This document shows, in pieces, positions 10,316-25,511 of a DNA stretch of 64,000 bases; within the stretch, counting starts at the first letter, position 1, and every line of letters starts with the position of its first letter. Under the pieces are notes generated by a model that was not told the DNA's origin, searched no databases, and was given only the letters and a program-made list of their open reading frames with translations. Origin of the DNA: Eledone cirrhosa (taxonomy: Eukaryota); assembly GCA_964016885.1 (NCBI GenBank), contig OZ024741.1, positions 202,740,001-202,804,000 on the forward strand. The letters run 5' to 3'. The translations under genes and the position numbers were made by a program.

Positions 10316-10944
10316 CAAGCTATTTAACCGTATGTTATTACTCTAAGGACCTACCTTATCGAGTGCTTTGCTAACTCATTTCATATAGTAGCCAGAATTT
10401 GCTTGCAAACCGCCAGAGATTCGATTTTACTAAGTATCCAATTATATTATTCTCCTAGATTTAATAATTAACTAATTAATTTAATTAGACAATTCTGTTG
10501 ATTGGTTAATTATTTGTGTTTGTTTAATAACATCTGGTTTAGAGCTTATTCTGATGATTAGCGGAAATTAAAATATTTCCTTTGTCTAACATTTTGAATG
10601 ACCCGCCAAAAACAGGGGGTTATCTCCTTGCTGGAAATAACACGTGACAGCTAAATATACGATACGCTGCAGCTTAGCGGCAACATTTAGCTGTTTCGCC
10701 CCGTCCTTTGGTAGAACGAAAACCTGTTGATGAACTGAATCCTCTGTTCGATCATGAATACCACGCGCTTGCCAGTTACGTAAGTCTGATATTTGATTTC
10801 GGATTCATAGAAACACTTTAAACGTATAACGTTTGATTTGTCCAGGTGTATTTTTCTCAACCTGTTAGTTCCTTCGTTACTTTGGTATATTGTGTGTTAG
10901 ATTTTGCCTACCACAATGTTCAATTTGTCAAGCTATTTATACGT

Positions 10945-11079
10945 ATGGGAGGGTCATGTTGCAAATAAGAAACACACGCCCAAAGTATAACAATAAAGTA
11001 TAACCCTCCCAAAGTATAACAATATCGGTTTCAACACACGTTTTCAGTTAAAGAATCTTGCTAAACAAATTCAGAAACG

Positions 11080-11081
<2 letters not shown>
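10945..11081 (+). mobile_element. Fragment of the non-autonomous PLE family related to 3153-7847 and 51663-52101
   Basis: Shares GGGAGGGTCATGTTGC and CCCTCCCAAAGTATAACAATATCGGTTTCAACACACG...CAGAAACGA, then (TA)n. Confidence 0.75.
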
Positions 11082-11110
<29 letters not shown>

Positions 11111-12011
11111 ACAGGATATCCGTAGATAAAACCTAAGGAAAACAATACTCAAACTATTGCAAGAGGGCTTATTTAGTATAATTAAAATTTCATACACTTA
11201 ACATGTATGCGTGACTCTATCTTTCGGGGTCCATGACAAAAAATACGAATTTTTCTGTAAATTGAAAAAGATGATTAACATCTTTTATCGATTTTCGGAT
11301 GATATTGAACCCCCATCAGAAGAGAAACCCCAAGGAAACATGCATTTAATGGGTATATATATACTAATTGATTCTTAATATCATTCTGAAATCAGCATAC
11401 AAATTTGCATATAATTAGCGTTCGTATTGGTAATTAATTAAGGTATAAAATTAAATGATATACACGTCTTATAAATGTTCAATAAAATCCGAAAACGATT
11501 AAAATTGTTTGTAATTTTTTTCAATTCACTGGAAAATTCGTATTTTCTGGCATATTTACATACCTACATATTAGATATGTGTATATATCTATACATGTTG
11601 GTGCAGTCTCAGTTACACATTCTATATTTATACATATATAACTTTATCATATTCTTCGGCTGCTAGCGCACCTCTTTATATCTTAATTAATTATCAACAC
11701 GGGTGCTAATTATATGCAACATTTCACAATAATACTAAGAGCGAATGAGTATATATAACTATCAAATACAGGTTTCCTTGTAATATACACGTTTTCTGAT
11801 AAGGTTCAATACAATCCGAAAATCGATGAAAGGTGTATATCATTTTTTCAATTAACAGAGAAATTCGTGTTCTCTGGCATGCTTACATGCCTGCATATTA
11901 GATTTGTGTATATATTTATACACACTGGTGCATCTTGGTTACACATTCTGTATTTATACAGATATAACTTTATTACACAATTCAGCCGCCAGCAAACCTC
12001 TTACTAGTAAT

Positions 12012-12015
<4 letters not shown>
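11111..12015. mobile_element. Degenerate PLE-type repeat: one inverted plus two tandem copies with decayed hammerhead cores
   Basis: GTTCAATA..ATCCGAAAATCGAT unit at ~11480 and ~11800 (+) and ~11285-11320 (-); bounded by (TA)n. Confidence 0.55.
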
Positions 12016-12096
<81 letters not shown>

Positions 12097-12141
12097 TACA
12101 TGTATGCAAAAAATACATACGTATACGTATATATATATAAT

Positions 12142-12183
<42 letters not shown>

Positions 12184-12263
12184 CATGATACAAAAAATAC
12201 ATACGTATACGTATATATATAATTATGTGTATATATACATATGTCTATATATAAATATATGTA

Positions 12264-12405
<142 letters not shown>

Positions 12406-13171
12406 TGTCTATATATATATATATATATAAGTGTCTAAGAACCTCTAATAGAAAGTTATCAAATGTGATTGGTCTATATCACTACGAAATTTGATTTATG
12501 TAGCTACTTGCTACTTAGAAAACTACGAAGCACCTGATTATTTACATGAAGTAAAGCCTCAACAACCTTAGTTTCACCTCCTGTTACCCAAATCCTGTGT
12601 TTAGATGGTTCATTCCTATCAAAACAATTACTGTATAGACTGATATGAAAGTCGTATTTTTTAGAATATTTTTTTTAAGGTTAATTTATGAGGTCGACAA
12701 TCTATGGACCGAAATTTACACTACAATCCAAAACACTGTCTCTGTAGAAGTCTAAATGAACTCGAAATGAAAACAACAACAACCAAATAATGAATTACAG
12801 TAACAATACTGATATTTCTATGAATTATAACATACTTCGTACTACTGAAACAGAAATAAGAACTAGGGTCGATTTTCATAAGAGATACATAGAAATGGTA
12901 TTTCAAAAATCTCGGTATCGCCCTCAGGAAAAGGAGCTTGAACTTCCGTGTTTATATATATATATACACTTATGCAATAATTACGATGTCTTTTAAAGTT
13001 TTAAAGTTTCTTTGTTTTTGTTTTTTTTCTAATTTCTGATTTCAAGGATTACGATAGTTTTTAGAGAGAAGAATTGAAAGCTTTCAATACAATATTTTTA
13101 TATGAGTATGCAATATAAAAATAATTATATATGTAAGTATATAAAGACCATTTTATTAATTTTATTAATTT

Positions 13172-14130
13172 ACTAGCAGAGGTTGCTCGGGTATTAAATA
13201 GCAGTTGTGTATACCATTTATGTCAATACTTCAGTGCTGCTTCGAAAACTATACCTTTACAAAATCATCGGCTTCTTCCAAAAGGGGGTTCCTGCCTCCA
13301 GGGGTCCCCTACTGAATATGTGCAAATTCTGGGAGTTCAAATTCATCTGTAGGACAAACGTAGCCCATGTGTCAAGTTTTGTGAAAATCGGTTGCGAACT
13401 CCAGAAATTATGACGTTTTGTTGCATTGCACTGCAGTGCTTCAGTCGACTCCAAGGAAGTGGCTGGAGGGGTTATCTGCCGGGAGGCCCTATAATCAATA
13501 TCTGGAAAAATGAAAGTACCCATGACCATCCGGAGTACATAAGTAACCTATGTCTTAAGTTTGGTGAAAATACTGTAGAAATGCATAAGGCGTATACATA
13601 CGCGCGCGCGCAAGTGTGCGTGCGTGCGTGCGTGCGTGTGTGTGTGTGTGTGTGCGCGCGTGTGCGTGTGTTTATGGGTGTGTATGTATTTGTGTGTGCG
13701 TATGTATGTGTATGTCCGTCGGGGCATACGTATGTACTGGCCTAAATCTTCACTATTTATTTTTACTATTTTAATAACCTTTGTCATTTTCGTTTTCAAT
13801 TTTATTTACATCATTCTTAAACTCCGGGGCTGGAAATCATTCTGTTATTTTAAATAGAATATTAGTCTAACGACTCCATTTATACCATAAACTTGGTCTT
13901 GTCTTTACATGAAATTGTTCTCCTCGGTCCACATAACGACGTATTATCCTCGCTTTTTTCCGTTCATTAGCAGGGAACGTCTTCACGAACCAAAATATCG
14001 TCTTCCTGTTTTCCTTCGGTTGCAACGTTTCTCGAAATATTTACTTCTGCCTTCACAGATTAAAATTTTTAGTTTCAGAAGATCCCGTTAATGTTGAAAG
14101 CACCGATTCTTTGCTTAAAATTTAATCTGT
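13172..14130 (-). mobile_element. Non-autonomous Helitron-like repeat, copy 1
   Basis: Matches 35592-36361; family 3' end on minus strand is a GC-rich hairpin then CTAG (hairpin partly deleted in this copy). Confidence 0.6.
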
Positions 14131-14187
14131 TCTTATAACATATATATATATAAAGAGAGAGAGAGAGAGAGAGAAATAGAGAGAGAA

Positions 14188-14265
<78 letters not shown>

Positions 14266-14545
14266 TTTGTACGGCTTTTGGAGGAAGGAGTGACCAGCAG
14301 TACGTTGTTCGGTATTATTACGAAAAAGTGTAGCAGAGAATCCCGCGTGAACTAACAGCTCGGGAGGAAACTGCTTACCTCGAAGATTCAATCGCCATCG
14401 TTAGTTTACTTGGTATTTGTTGGTCTACAGTTAGATGAATGGCGCACAAAGCGTTAATGTTTATTGGCAAGACGTTTTTTGAATAATAAAAGACGGGTTA
14501 AAGCGACAGATGTATCTGTGTGTGTGTATATATATATACACACAG

Positions 14546-14634
<89 letters not shown>

Positions 14635-15243
14635 ATACATTAACAGAGAAAGTTTTAAGAAATACTCCGACCGGCTTCCGTCTCACTCAACAAACATTAG
14701 TATAATCCCAATTATACGTTTGGGGTGCTAACTATACGTATTTTGCGGATAGCCAGTTGTATTATTTTATATGAGACATAATTAAATACATCTCTCTTTC
14801 CAAACGATCGTTTCATTATAAGTTTTCTACAAATTGGGAAAATAATGTCCAGGTTATGTAGAAGCCTACACATAGTCCATAGGAATATATGTAGGTGGGC
14901 GTTTATAAATCATCAGTGGATGCCCGACAATATCGATATAAATATTCAGCGATGGTATCCGTCCGTGCTAGAGTGATCGCCAAATTTGAAATTCCAGCAG
15001 TCTCACAATGAGAAATCTCACACCGTCACCAAGCGGGAAGGGGAGGTCATCGCAAAACATAAAAGAATAAAATAATATGCACGCAGGTCAAATAATTCTT
15101 TCAATAATTTTAACCATGCGTAAAGAACTCAATTGGATATAAAAAAATAAATATATGCCTGTATTATTTATATACGCATATAGGTATTTTCTTAGGCTAA
15201 AAACAGAGACAAGATACCGGAAGAACAATCAATATTTCATAAT

Positions 15244-15361
15244 ATATTTATTAAAATAACAGATTAAAGTTTAAGCAAAGAATCGCTGCTTTCACCCTTA
15301 ACGTTAAGGGTGAAAGCAGCGATTCTTTGCTTAAACTTTAATCTGTTATTTTAATAAATAT
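15244..15361. repeat. Perfect 118-bp palindrome
   Basis: Centre TTAAC|GTTAA at 15302/15303; arm homologous to 14085-14130 and 49840-49880. Confidence 0.92.
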
Positions 15362-15444
15362 TTGCTCTACGGTTCTTATATATTTGATATATATTTATCT
15401 TTATCGAGCCCTCTTTAGATTTTAGTCTTCAAATTTATTATTAT

Positions 15445-15546
<102 letters not shown>

Positions 15547-17483
15547 ATGCAAATATATATGTGTGTGTGTATGTATGTATATATATATATAAATATATAT
15601 GTGTATGTGTGTGTGTATATATATACATATATTTTTATGTATATATTTATATATGTGTATATGTGTATATCTATATATGTGTATATGTGTTTGTATATGT
15701 ATATATATATATATATATATATGTATATGTGTATATATGTGTGTGTATATGTATATATGTGTATATATATATATGTATATATACGTATATATGTATATAT
15801 ATATGTGTGTGTCTGTGTGTGAATGTAGTGAAGACGCTATGTAGCAATGTGGCAGACAGCCAGGCATACAGACAGATATTATAAGAGCGCGACGGAGATG
15901 GATAACCGGCGCCTAACACCCCTTTAACAACAGAAAAAAAAAAAAAAAAAGCGGCAGTTAATATCTTTAGACCGCAAGGAATATATAAATGCAAGTTTGA
16001 AGTCAATCGGAGTACAAATTTGGATTTGTATAGACTTTGCAAAAATGAGGACACACTGACAACATCAGTTTTATATATATAAATTCATACGAAAATGGTG
16101 GATTGGTAGAATCGCTAGAGCGTCGGACAAAATGCTTTACGGTATCTAATTACGTTTTGTTTTACATTCTAAGTTCTAATCCAGCGGAGTTCAATTTTGC
16201 CTTTCATCCTTCCAGGCTTGATAAAATATAGTACGTGCACTTCGTCAAATGAATTGACGATTTACCATTTTTTTGAAATTTAAAGTCAAATTAAGTGGTG
16301 AATTGGCAGAATTGTTAGAACGCCCCGAAAGAATACTTTGCGGCATTCGTTATGGCTCTCATCGCTCTGAGTTCAAATCCCGTCGAGGTTTACTTTATTT
16401 TTCAAGGTCGATAAATAAAGTAATATTTCAGTACTGGGATTGATTCTCCTTCCCTCTCTTTCTCTATTTTTTTTTCAGTGGAAGATGTTTGGCAGTATTA
16501 AATCTTGGAGAGGGATGGTCTCCGACGGGTCTAATATGCCACATACACGCTCTAAAAACTTCATCGGGAGTTAAGTGTTCCATGTACGTTTTGGTGGACT
16601 TAGCCAACTATATGAGGCAATAGCAGCTGCAGTAGAATATTATTTCGTGTGAACGCTGCTGAGTGGAGCAGTGCAAAAGGAAAATATTTACTTTTTTCAC
16701 ATTTCGGAAACAGGAAATTATTTTGGCAGAAATGTCACAATATACCACTTCACACATGGGGAAACCATAATAAGCTGCTTGCTTTTATTTTCCTTATTTA
16801 TTTTTAAGATAGTGGTGGAGAGAGAGAGAGAGAGAGAGATAGGGGGAGATAGAGAGAGAGAAGGCTGTACAGGGTGATAAAGATAGATAGAGAGGGAGAG
16901 AGGAAGGGTACAGAACGGTAGAGGTAGATACATAGAGAGAGAAAGACGGAGAGTAACAGAGGAGTAGATATAGAGAGAAATATATAGAGAGATATAATTA
17001 GATGGATGGATAGATAAAGAGAGAGAGAGCGAGAGGGAGAGATAGTTAGATGGATAGATAGATAAAGAGAGAGAGAGAGCGAGAGAGGGAGAGAGAGAGA
17101 GAGTGAGAAAGAGAGAGATAGAGGGGCGGGGGGAGATTGGTGTGTGGAAGACAAGCTACTACTATTAGCATGTCAAGTGTGAGAGTTCAGTATGAATTAT
17201 CATGAAGCTATTACTGCTCTCCTGGGAAAACCAGTTGTAAATTGGAGTAAACAGAGTTTTTTTTCGGAAAATCCTCACTGGTTATTGAGATGACACCTGA
17301 TACTGCAGCTGGTTTCCTGAAATATATATAAAAGATAAACTTGTGAAACCTTGTCAAACCTTGTCTTCCAGACACTAATGCAGTTTGTCAATAAATTCTA
17401 TCCCTCACCACTTCCTGTAATTTGACTAAGGTTTGTCGCCTGTTTACTTGTTGCGCAAATGCACGTTCCCTTACGATTGTATT

Positions 17484-17518
<35 letters not shown>

Positions 17519-17748
17519 CATTCTAAATAATAATAGAGAAAATAATTTTACCACCTGAAATATTCTTTCACGATGAATTAATTTGAAAGAACTGCGTCCG
17601 TGAAATTAGTTGCAGAAACCTAAAACCTGTTATAGTGTTCAATTGCAGTTTAAATGTGTACAGCGAAATATTATTTTGACAGTTTCATACATGTAGGAAA
17701 TGAAAAGACAGACACACTCACACACACACACACTCACTCACACACACG

Positions 17749-17833
<85 letters not shown>

Positions 17834-18599
17834 TGCAATGGCTTACACTTTTTAACACGACATCTTCCTTTTTTCTTGCTTTTTTCTTTATTTCATTCAC
17901 ATCTCTCGTGCTATGAGGCACCACACTTTTCCCCTGACATCACACAAAATTTCTGTGTTTTGTAGCTTAATTGTTATGAATTAATGTTTTGTCTCACGCC
18001 TCTTACACCACTGGACAGCGTATGGCTTAGGTCAGACGCTGTGACCCCGGGTGGACCAGCAGTACTGTTGGTAGGGTTCGAAACTGCCAAAGTCCATCTC
18101 AACGGCCGATGAGCATGGAGTTCTGTGTCATTCGTTTGTATTTTTATTTTTTTTAAATAATCTTTTAAAGTTTCCCTTAAAAAAACTGTTTTTCGTCTTG
18201 TTTTGTTTCCGTTCGTTGTTTTGTTCTCTCTTAATTTTCTTAAGTTTATGAACATATACCTCTGCAATTTTTTCTGTCTCTTTCTCTTTCTCTCTCACAC
18301 AAATCCGAACACGTTCTTACTATCTCATTTCCATTAAGACTTGTTTCGGTGTGGGATTAATATATTATATATATATGTATATCACAGGAAATACCCACGC
18401 ACCTGTACACACATACATGTAGACACACATGTACACACACACATACACACATATACACCGCCACACACACACGCATAGACATATATAACGTTGCCCAATA
18501 TACAGCACGTGTGATGTCCGATTCCCCAAGACGGTACCATCATATTTCTTTTTTACATAGATGCATCATTTAAGTTTAAGTTTACTATAAAAACCTTAA

Positions 18600-19050
18600 C
18601 TTCTTCTTCTTCTTCTTCTTCTTCTTGGGAGGATTGTGGAGGCAGAGTCCTGAAGTAGTCCTTCCAACGAGTCCTGTTAGAAGCAATCGTCTCCAATTAA
18701 TCAGGCATGTTCCCCAAGCGAGACCACCCGAGCTCATGGATGTTTTACAACCATCTTTCACGGGGTCTATCCCTGGATCTCCTGCCAGTTGGTTTTGCCT
18801 GTAAAATCTGTCCAACGACTTTTTCCTGAGACATTCTAACCACATGTCTGTAATACCGGAGCCGTGATCTTTTAATTCGGAGAAGTAATGGCTCTACTTG
18901 GAGCGACTCTTTCATCTCTGAGCTACGCACTTTATCGAGTAACGTTATTCCAAAGACCCTCCGGAGGAACCTCATTACGGCCCCTTGTATTCGCGATTGT
19001 ATTTTTTCGGTCATTACTCAAGATTCATGACCATAGGTAAGGGTTGACAG
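18600..19050 (-). mobile_element. RTE-type LINE 3' fragment with (GAA)n tail
   Basis: MRFLRRVFGITLLDKVRS...RLRYYRHVVRM...PTGRRSRDRPRERW; (CTT)n at 18600-18626. Confidence 0.8.
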
Positions 19051-19593
19051 GATTACTAAATTAAAGATAGTGTGTTTGGCTTTTACACCTCCCTTCTGAT
19101 AACTGGTGCATTACTGCATCAACATCTGAAATTCTTGCACTTAATTCTGCCCACTGCTATCAATCACTCCTGAACATGATCCCGAGATACTTCAGCATCT
19201 CCACCTGCTTCATTTGTACTCCACTCACATGCAGAGTGCAATGTGCAGGCTTCCTTGTGAGTACGAGGCTGACAGCTCAGCCCCTCTCTAAACACGACCA
19301 TCCAGCACAGAAGCAAAAGATCGGAGACAACCCCCGCAATAAAAACCTTAACTGCTACACATACACACATATACACACACATACATATATATATACATTC
19401 ACCCCCGCCCACACCATACACACACTCACACACATAAATATACATATATCGGTGGATTGGCAGTATCGGTAGAGGGTCGGACGCCATGCTTTGCAGCAAA
19501 GAGTTACGGCCTTTTATGATCTGAGTTCAAATCCCGCCGAGGTTAACTTTGCCTTTCATCCCTACGGGACTAGAACTGTTTCATTCGTATGGA

Positions 19594-19631
<38 letters not shown>

Positions 19632-19979
19632 CGTGTGTGCGTATTTGTGTGTGTATGAGTGAGAGAGAGAGAGTGAGTGTACGTGCATGCCTGTGTGTCA
19701 TCGCACCAAACTTATATATTTAATGAAAAAGAGAAAATTAGACTGGACAATCGCTATTCTTTCGCTAAACCTACATCATCATAGCACCCAAGATAAGTAC
19801 CGCTTATCTAACCATCATAGTTCCACAAATAGTTACTGCTTACCTAATCATGATAGCTTCACAAATTGATACTGGCTAGTTAACCATCATTGTACCACAA
19901 GCAGTTTCTGATTGCCTAAACATCACAGCCCCGAGGACCTGCTTATCTCTATTGAACGTACCAATATACATAGTGGATA

Positions 19980-20305
19980 CCGCATGGCTAAATGGCTAAA
20001 GGGGTTTGTTTGGCAATCATTAGATCTCTGTTTCGATCCCACTGCTTGGCGTTTTGGGCAAGAGTCATTTGTCACAACCTCGGGTCTACGCATGCTTTGT
20101 CAGTGGAATTTGGCGGTCGGAAACTGTTTGGAAGCCCCATACCTGTAATTCAGCGTTATCACACACTGCGTTACACTGAATCTCCCTGAGAAGTACGTTA
20201 AGAGTATACGTGTCTGAGGAATGTTCACCCATCACCTCGCTAATTTCAGTCTTTTCCGTTGATCGATCAACTGGAACAGTCATCACTGAAATCGTCGGAG
20301 GCCCG
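19980..20305 (+). mobile_element. tRNA/CORE-type SINE (family B); related copies ~55440-55620(-), 56745-57062, 62738-63060
   Basis: Shared CACTGAATCTCCCTGAGAACTACGTTAA...ACTGGAAC..TCGTCGGA body. Confidence 0.65.
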
Positions 20306-21302
20306 TTCCATTCAATTCTATTCCTGCGTACAAAGAAAAACAAAATCATAAGAACCCCCCCCCCCCCAAAAAAAAAACAACAACAACAACAACAACAACA
20401 ACAAAAGAACAAGACAGTCAGGAACTTTAATGAACGCTTCGAATCATGAATATCTTTAAAATGCATAAAATTGCCATCTAACAGTTGGAGAAGAGATTGA
20501 AAATTGAAAAATATACGAATGTGAATAAAATCTACATTGGCAAAGGCATTTTTTAATTGCTTTCAGCCGGAAGTGTTCCCAATAGCTTACAGCTAAGTCA
20601 AAGTTGGTTGAAAACATTGCAGACGTTAAGTGAAAATGACAGTTTGGTTATAGTGGGAGCTGGCAGGTACCTTTAGGGTATCTCTTGTTCTTGGAATCGT
20701 TGTAGAGTATTTCGAACGAAAGTAATGACAGCAAAACAAATATTCCCCCCCACCACACACACACACAGAAGTATACAAAAGAAATAAGTTTATATACATA
20801 TATATTCTACGTTCTTCTTACACGCATTGAGTACTCTTATATATGTTAATAAAGCTTGCAACTGGATAGAAGGGAAGATACAATCTCAATGATATAAGAA
20901 AGAGCAGCCAAATCTCCCTCAAATCTCACCTGACTATCATTCGTAAGGGAAGGACGATAAGTACGAAATGAAATAAATAATGTGTGTGAGAAAACGTGAA
21001 ATAAAATCAAAATATAACGACCCTTTACAGGATGTAAGCTTACTTAGTTGTTTTAGGTTGCATCATAGGTGAATATGATGGTGTCAAGAGTTGTCTGTGA
21101 ACTAGCCAATTGCCAGCAGGGGGCAGTCCGTTTCTAATATGGTTATTTCAGTGTAGCGGAAGTTCGCACGTATGCTCTGTTGAGTCCCCCCTAGACCAAC
21201 TACTGATGCGTTATGCCAGCTGATTCATTGTGACTGAGCTTAACTTTTCATCGCCAGCAATTCCATTCAAGTTTTTATGGCTTTTGATTTCTTACCAGAA
21301 AG

Positions 21303-21352
<50 letters not shown>

Positions 21353-21572
21353 GAAAATAAAACGAAGACGGTCACACGTACGCATAGTATTGTAGGTGAA
21401 CCGACATAGCGAACCACTTATCTCCATAGAAACATACGTAAGAACAGGTGCACAGATTTAACGCAAAATTACAAACATTTATCTGTGTCTACTTATATAT
21501 ACATATATATATATGCAAATACATATACATATACATACATACACACATACACACATACATACATACACACAT

Positions 21573-21629
<57 letters not shown>

Positions 21630-21634
<5 letters not shown>

Positions 21635-21786
21635 TTGAACACATATATGTTTTTATACATTGAGAAATGCTTGAATACATATATGTATACATACATACAT
21701 ATATATATATTTATATATCCTTGAACGCATATATGTTTTTATACATTGAGAAATGCTTGAATACATACATGTATACATACACACAT

Positions 21787-21834
<48 letters not shown>

Positions 21835-22042
21835 TTGAACACATATATGTTTTTATACATTGAGAAATGCTTGAATACATACATGTATACATATACATAC
21901 ACACATACATATATATATATATATATATCCTTGAACACATATATGTATACATACACACATACATACATATATATATATATATATCCTTGAACACATATAT
22001 GTTTTTATACATTGAGAAATGCTTGAATACATACATGTATAT
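21630..22042. repeat. Tandem repeat with microsatellite-variable units (4-5 copies)
   Basis: ATCCTTGAACACATATATGTTTTTATACATTGAGAAATGCTTGAATACAT repeated. Confidence 0.85.
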
Positions 22043-22470
22043 AAATGCAACAGCCACACTTTATTTCATGCTATTGTAATTGATGTAGACATCTATATGA
22101 ATTATAGGCATTTGCGGTGTTTTTAATGATTTTTTTTTAACTGGAGCATTATAACCCCCCCCCCCCCACACACACACTCACACCCATATATATATATTTA
22201 TATATATATATATATACATGTATGTGTATATATATATACATATATACGTACACACACACACATATATATATATATACATATATATATATGTATGTATAGT
22301 ATATATATGTGTATGTGTGTAAGTATATATGTATATGTATATGTATATATATACACATACATGTATATATATAAATATATATATATATATTTATATATAT
22401 ACATGTATGTGTATATGTATATATATATATACATATATACTTACACACACACACACACACATATATATAT

Positions 22471-22550
<80 letters not shown>

Positions 22551-22562
22551 ATATATATATAT

Positions 22563-22752
22563 AACGAAGGAAATGTGGTAAGGAACCAGGTGGACCATAA
22601 CGCACCAAAGTACTCAATACTTGGGGTAGTAGAGTGGGTAATAGGAACCAGTAAGACCCCGACGGCTGAGCTCAAGCCGTTTCGACGGCTAATTAATTAA
22701 TTAGCCGTCGAAACGGCTTGAGCTCAGCCGTCGGGGTCTTACTGGTTCCTAT
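22563..22752 (-). mobile_element. PLE-type non-autonomous element ending in a perfect 112-bp palindrome (22641-22752); family also at ~2795-2940, 39272-39347, 43242-43450
   Basis: Contains hammerhead 3' half GAAA CGGC-loop-GCCG TC GGGGTC; flanked by (TA)n. Confidence 0.75.
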
Positions 22753-22799
22753 ATATATATATATATGTATATATATGCATACACACACACACATAGAAA

Positions 22800-23550
22800 C
22801 AGACACACTGTTTCATTGAGGAGCGTTTTGTTTAAAAGTGTTTCCGGAAAGCTTAAGACCAGAATAAATATCACCCGCAAGTTAGCAGGGAACAGCTGAG
22901 GTTCTGATACCCACACACTACGAACTACACTCTGTCACGCCAAGCAAGTTACCAGCACCCTCAACTCGGCATTGAGAATAGTATCCGGCACACTGAAATC
23001 TACAACAACTCAGTGGCTACCTACCCTTTGCCATATAGCTCCTTCTTACATGCGATGTCAGGAGATCATCTTACCAATTCCAAGCCCGACCTTCCCATCC
23101 ACGAAGACCTGGAAAACCTTCCCAAAATTCGCTTGAAACCACGCATACCATTCTCGGAATCAATGAAGATCCTTTAGGACAATAACTTTGATCTTAAGGA
23201 AGAGTAGTGAAGATCATGGAATGAGTCCAAATTTGCCAACCAACATACCGTCCAGGACTCCACATCTAAACCAGCCAACTTTGACCTTCCTAGAAAGCAA
23301 CGGGTGTCCCTTAATCGGATCCGCACAACGCATGGCAGGACACCTCATCATCTCAATCAACGGAAAATGAAAGTCAGCCCAGCAGGTGACTGTGGGGGAA
23401 CCTGACCAGACAGTGCTGTATGTTGTTCGGGATTGCCCCGACAACCAGGAGGCAATCCATAATACTACAAATGACGCCCTAGTCTGGCTCACCAATCCGC
23501 CTCACTCCCCCCTCTCTAACCATTGTGCTTTTGTCATACGACAACTAACT
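22800..23550 (+). mobile_element. Degenerate Ingi/I-group LINE 3' fragment
   Basis: Translatable pieces RKLAGNS*GS, SGTLKSTTTQWLP, LNRIRT, DCGEPDQTVLYVVRDCP (degenerate CCHC knuckle). Confidence 0.6.
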
Positions 23551-25249
23551 GTATATTAACTAACTGGTACACTTCCTGGCGATGATTGCACTCGCATCGG
23601 TGCTGCTCTGTACCTTGACCTCCGCGTGTGTGAACTACACAAATGCTACTGAGGGTTCGCCGTCGGTGTGTTTCGGCTCCACCTGATCTTTTGTCGTTCC
23701 CAAGTTTTATGTGCGACGCTGCTCTGAACAGGGTCATTAAATGTAGGGATCAATGCTGCCGGATTTTCGTCACAAGTGAAGACTGTCGGTTTCTACACCG
23801 GATATGGTAGACGCCCAGATGGGATAGCCCTTTTCCTATTTAAGGAAGATGGGATTACATGTTGTGACCGTTTCTCCTGAGGTAATCTCCACACTTTGGC
23901 CACAAACCGCTCGCAACCAGAGAAGCGCAAAATGACTAAATACCAGGCATTGGCTAACCATTTTTTAGTGTGCCGCTTACCATAGAGATCTCTAACATTT
24001 TCGGTTCCCGGATTGCTGTAATTTTCCATCACAAAATCGGAAGGAACGCATCCCGCTAGAGGAAGAGGCCCATGAGGTGGAATGGCAGATGCAGCGGGTG
24101 TCACTGGCTATTCTTCGTTGCAATGCTTTCACCATGTTTGAAGGCCATATCTGCGATGTACCGTCAAGCCAAGGGTGTAAAGTATATCTGTCCCTCCTTC
24201 AATTTTTTCTCTTTTCCTGATTAACTCGTAGCTTATTGTATAGATACACTAGCAGTGGTACCCGACATTACACGGGATAAGGTATTGTGAAATATATAAC
24301 CGCCTTAGCTAAGCTTAGTATTGCCACAACCACGGCTGGCAAAGAAGTAAGGGTCTGATGGTACGTATGTAAGCAACACTGTGGCTTAAAACGTGAGGAA
24401 GAAGTTGTGTGCACTTACGAACTGTTAAGGGAACGAGTGGGAGATTTGTCTTGAGCAAGGGTGGCAAAATAACCGGAGGCAGCAGACAGTCAGACATACA
24501 GACAGATATTATAAGGGCGCATTCTGGACGCAGAGCGAATTGTAGGAAGTGACGTAATGCAGACAGCCAGACATACAGACAGATATTATAAAGGCGCGAC
24601 GTTATATGTATCTAAAAAGAGAAAGACTAAGAATTATAGAGAGAGATCGCTAAATTGCCTAGTTTGAAAACAGTCGGTTGGGTGCTTCTCTAGTTTTAGG
24701 GATTCAAACTAACACACACACACACACAGACAGACATCCTCAGATTGTGTATTTCTGATATCAAACCGTTCTATTATCAGAAGTTATTGCAATTCTTTTG
24801 AAATATCATCTCGGCGACAATATATTTAAAATGAAATTTGCATATTAACTTTAATAGAATTTCAAATCTCTTATTTGATCAGTGTGAAAAGAATTCATTG
24901 TTAGTAGACCATATAAGAACGAAAGAAACGACAGTTCTTCGCCAGCATTTCATTTCATGGAAAGAAATCTCTATTAAATGACTACTTATTTGCCCAATTT
25001 AACAGCGACCCATTATATACAAAACTGCTAACAGCTTAGGCGCCCGAAAACTAGCAACCATGTCGTATTAAATACATTTAATCTGGGAAGTTAATACATA
25101 TCAATCTTACTGAGTTTTACTAACATTAATAATTATGGAAATACTTTTCTTATTCTCAGATAATTTAAATAGTTTTCATGAAAAGAAACATAATAGTAAA
25201 ACGATTTTGCTGGAGTAGATAGTTTTGGAAAAGACGCGTGGATTGACGT

Positions 25250-25290
<41 letters not shown>

Positions 25291-25434
25291 CAATAACAGA
25301 TATACCAAGAGTGTATGTCGATGGACCCGTAACTCCTGGGGAAGTTGTATGGGCTCCGTAGAGGCATTCGGTGTATTTTGGCGGTGCTCATACCAAATCC
25401 AGGTCTCAACAAAGCTGATTTCTTCTAGAGAGAG

Positions 25435-25511
<77 letters not shown>
